This document shows, piece by piece, positions 63,772-64,000 of a stretch of DNA of 64,000 nt. A model generated the notes under the pieces. That model was not told where the DNA came from. It made no database searches and was given only the letters and a program-made list of their open reading frames with translations. The position numbers were made by a program, and so were the translations under genes. Source of the DNA: Vicinamibacterales bacterium. GTDB lineage: Bacteria > Acidobacteriota > Vicinamibacteria > Vicinamibacterales > 2-12-FULL-66-21. Each line of letters starts with the position of its first letter. The first letter of the stretch is position 1. Location: the NCBI GenBank assembly GCA_048594885.1, contig JBMDXB010000142.1:2148-66147 (forward strand), written 5' to 3'.

Positions 63772-64000
63772 GCGAGTCCTCCCATGATCAGTTGAAGGTG
63801 GGTACCGGCCCTTCGGGAAACGAGAAACTGTACCAAATCGCAGCCGCCCGACGCAAAACAACGCCGAGGCGGCAGAGGACGCCGAGATCGCCGAGGGATC
63901 AAGGTGATTTGAGCGTTATCAGGCCGCCGTGCGCCCGCCTGCGGCGGGCGTAGTGAGAGCGAGTGGAGTGGTGGACGTAAGCACGGACATCATCACCGCG

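Overview
This window is a GC-rich (~70%) chromosomal segment that looks acidobacterial. The main clue is three large FtsX/MacB-like 'acidobacterial duplicated orphan permease' (ADOP) genes, two of them with an adjacent PadR regulator. Housekeeping blocks are clear: a complete but unusually ordered his operon on the minus strand (hisI-G-D-C-B-H-F-A), ggt, glgX, modABC, lysC, a flotillin/NfeD pair, an ECF sigma/anti-sigma pair, and many secreted S9/M28 peptidases and amidohydrolases. Three things stand out. First, a dispersed family of intergenic palindromic minisatellites, each made of N tandem copies of a 7-9-mer followed by N copies of its reverse complement. GGTCCCT and AGGGACC are the commonest units, with GGTCTTT, GCTGAAT, GCTGATC and CACGGAGGA variants, and the largest copy is about 340 bp. 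Second, a related G-tract minisatellite ((C)CGGGGGGCC) fills the hisI-hisG spacer and is inserted in-frame into the modC ATPase coding sequence. Third, a tightly linked metallophosphoesterase + CHAT-protease gene pair sits between two ADOP units and is a candidate uncharacterised signalling or conflict module. There are also two probable pseudogenes: a doubly frameshifted LuxR-family regulator and a methyltransferase with an in-frame TAG. Several operator-like palindromes lie upstream of regulators. A second REP-like hairpin family (GTAGGGGCGGAGC-TTGC-TCCGCCC) is present.
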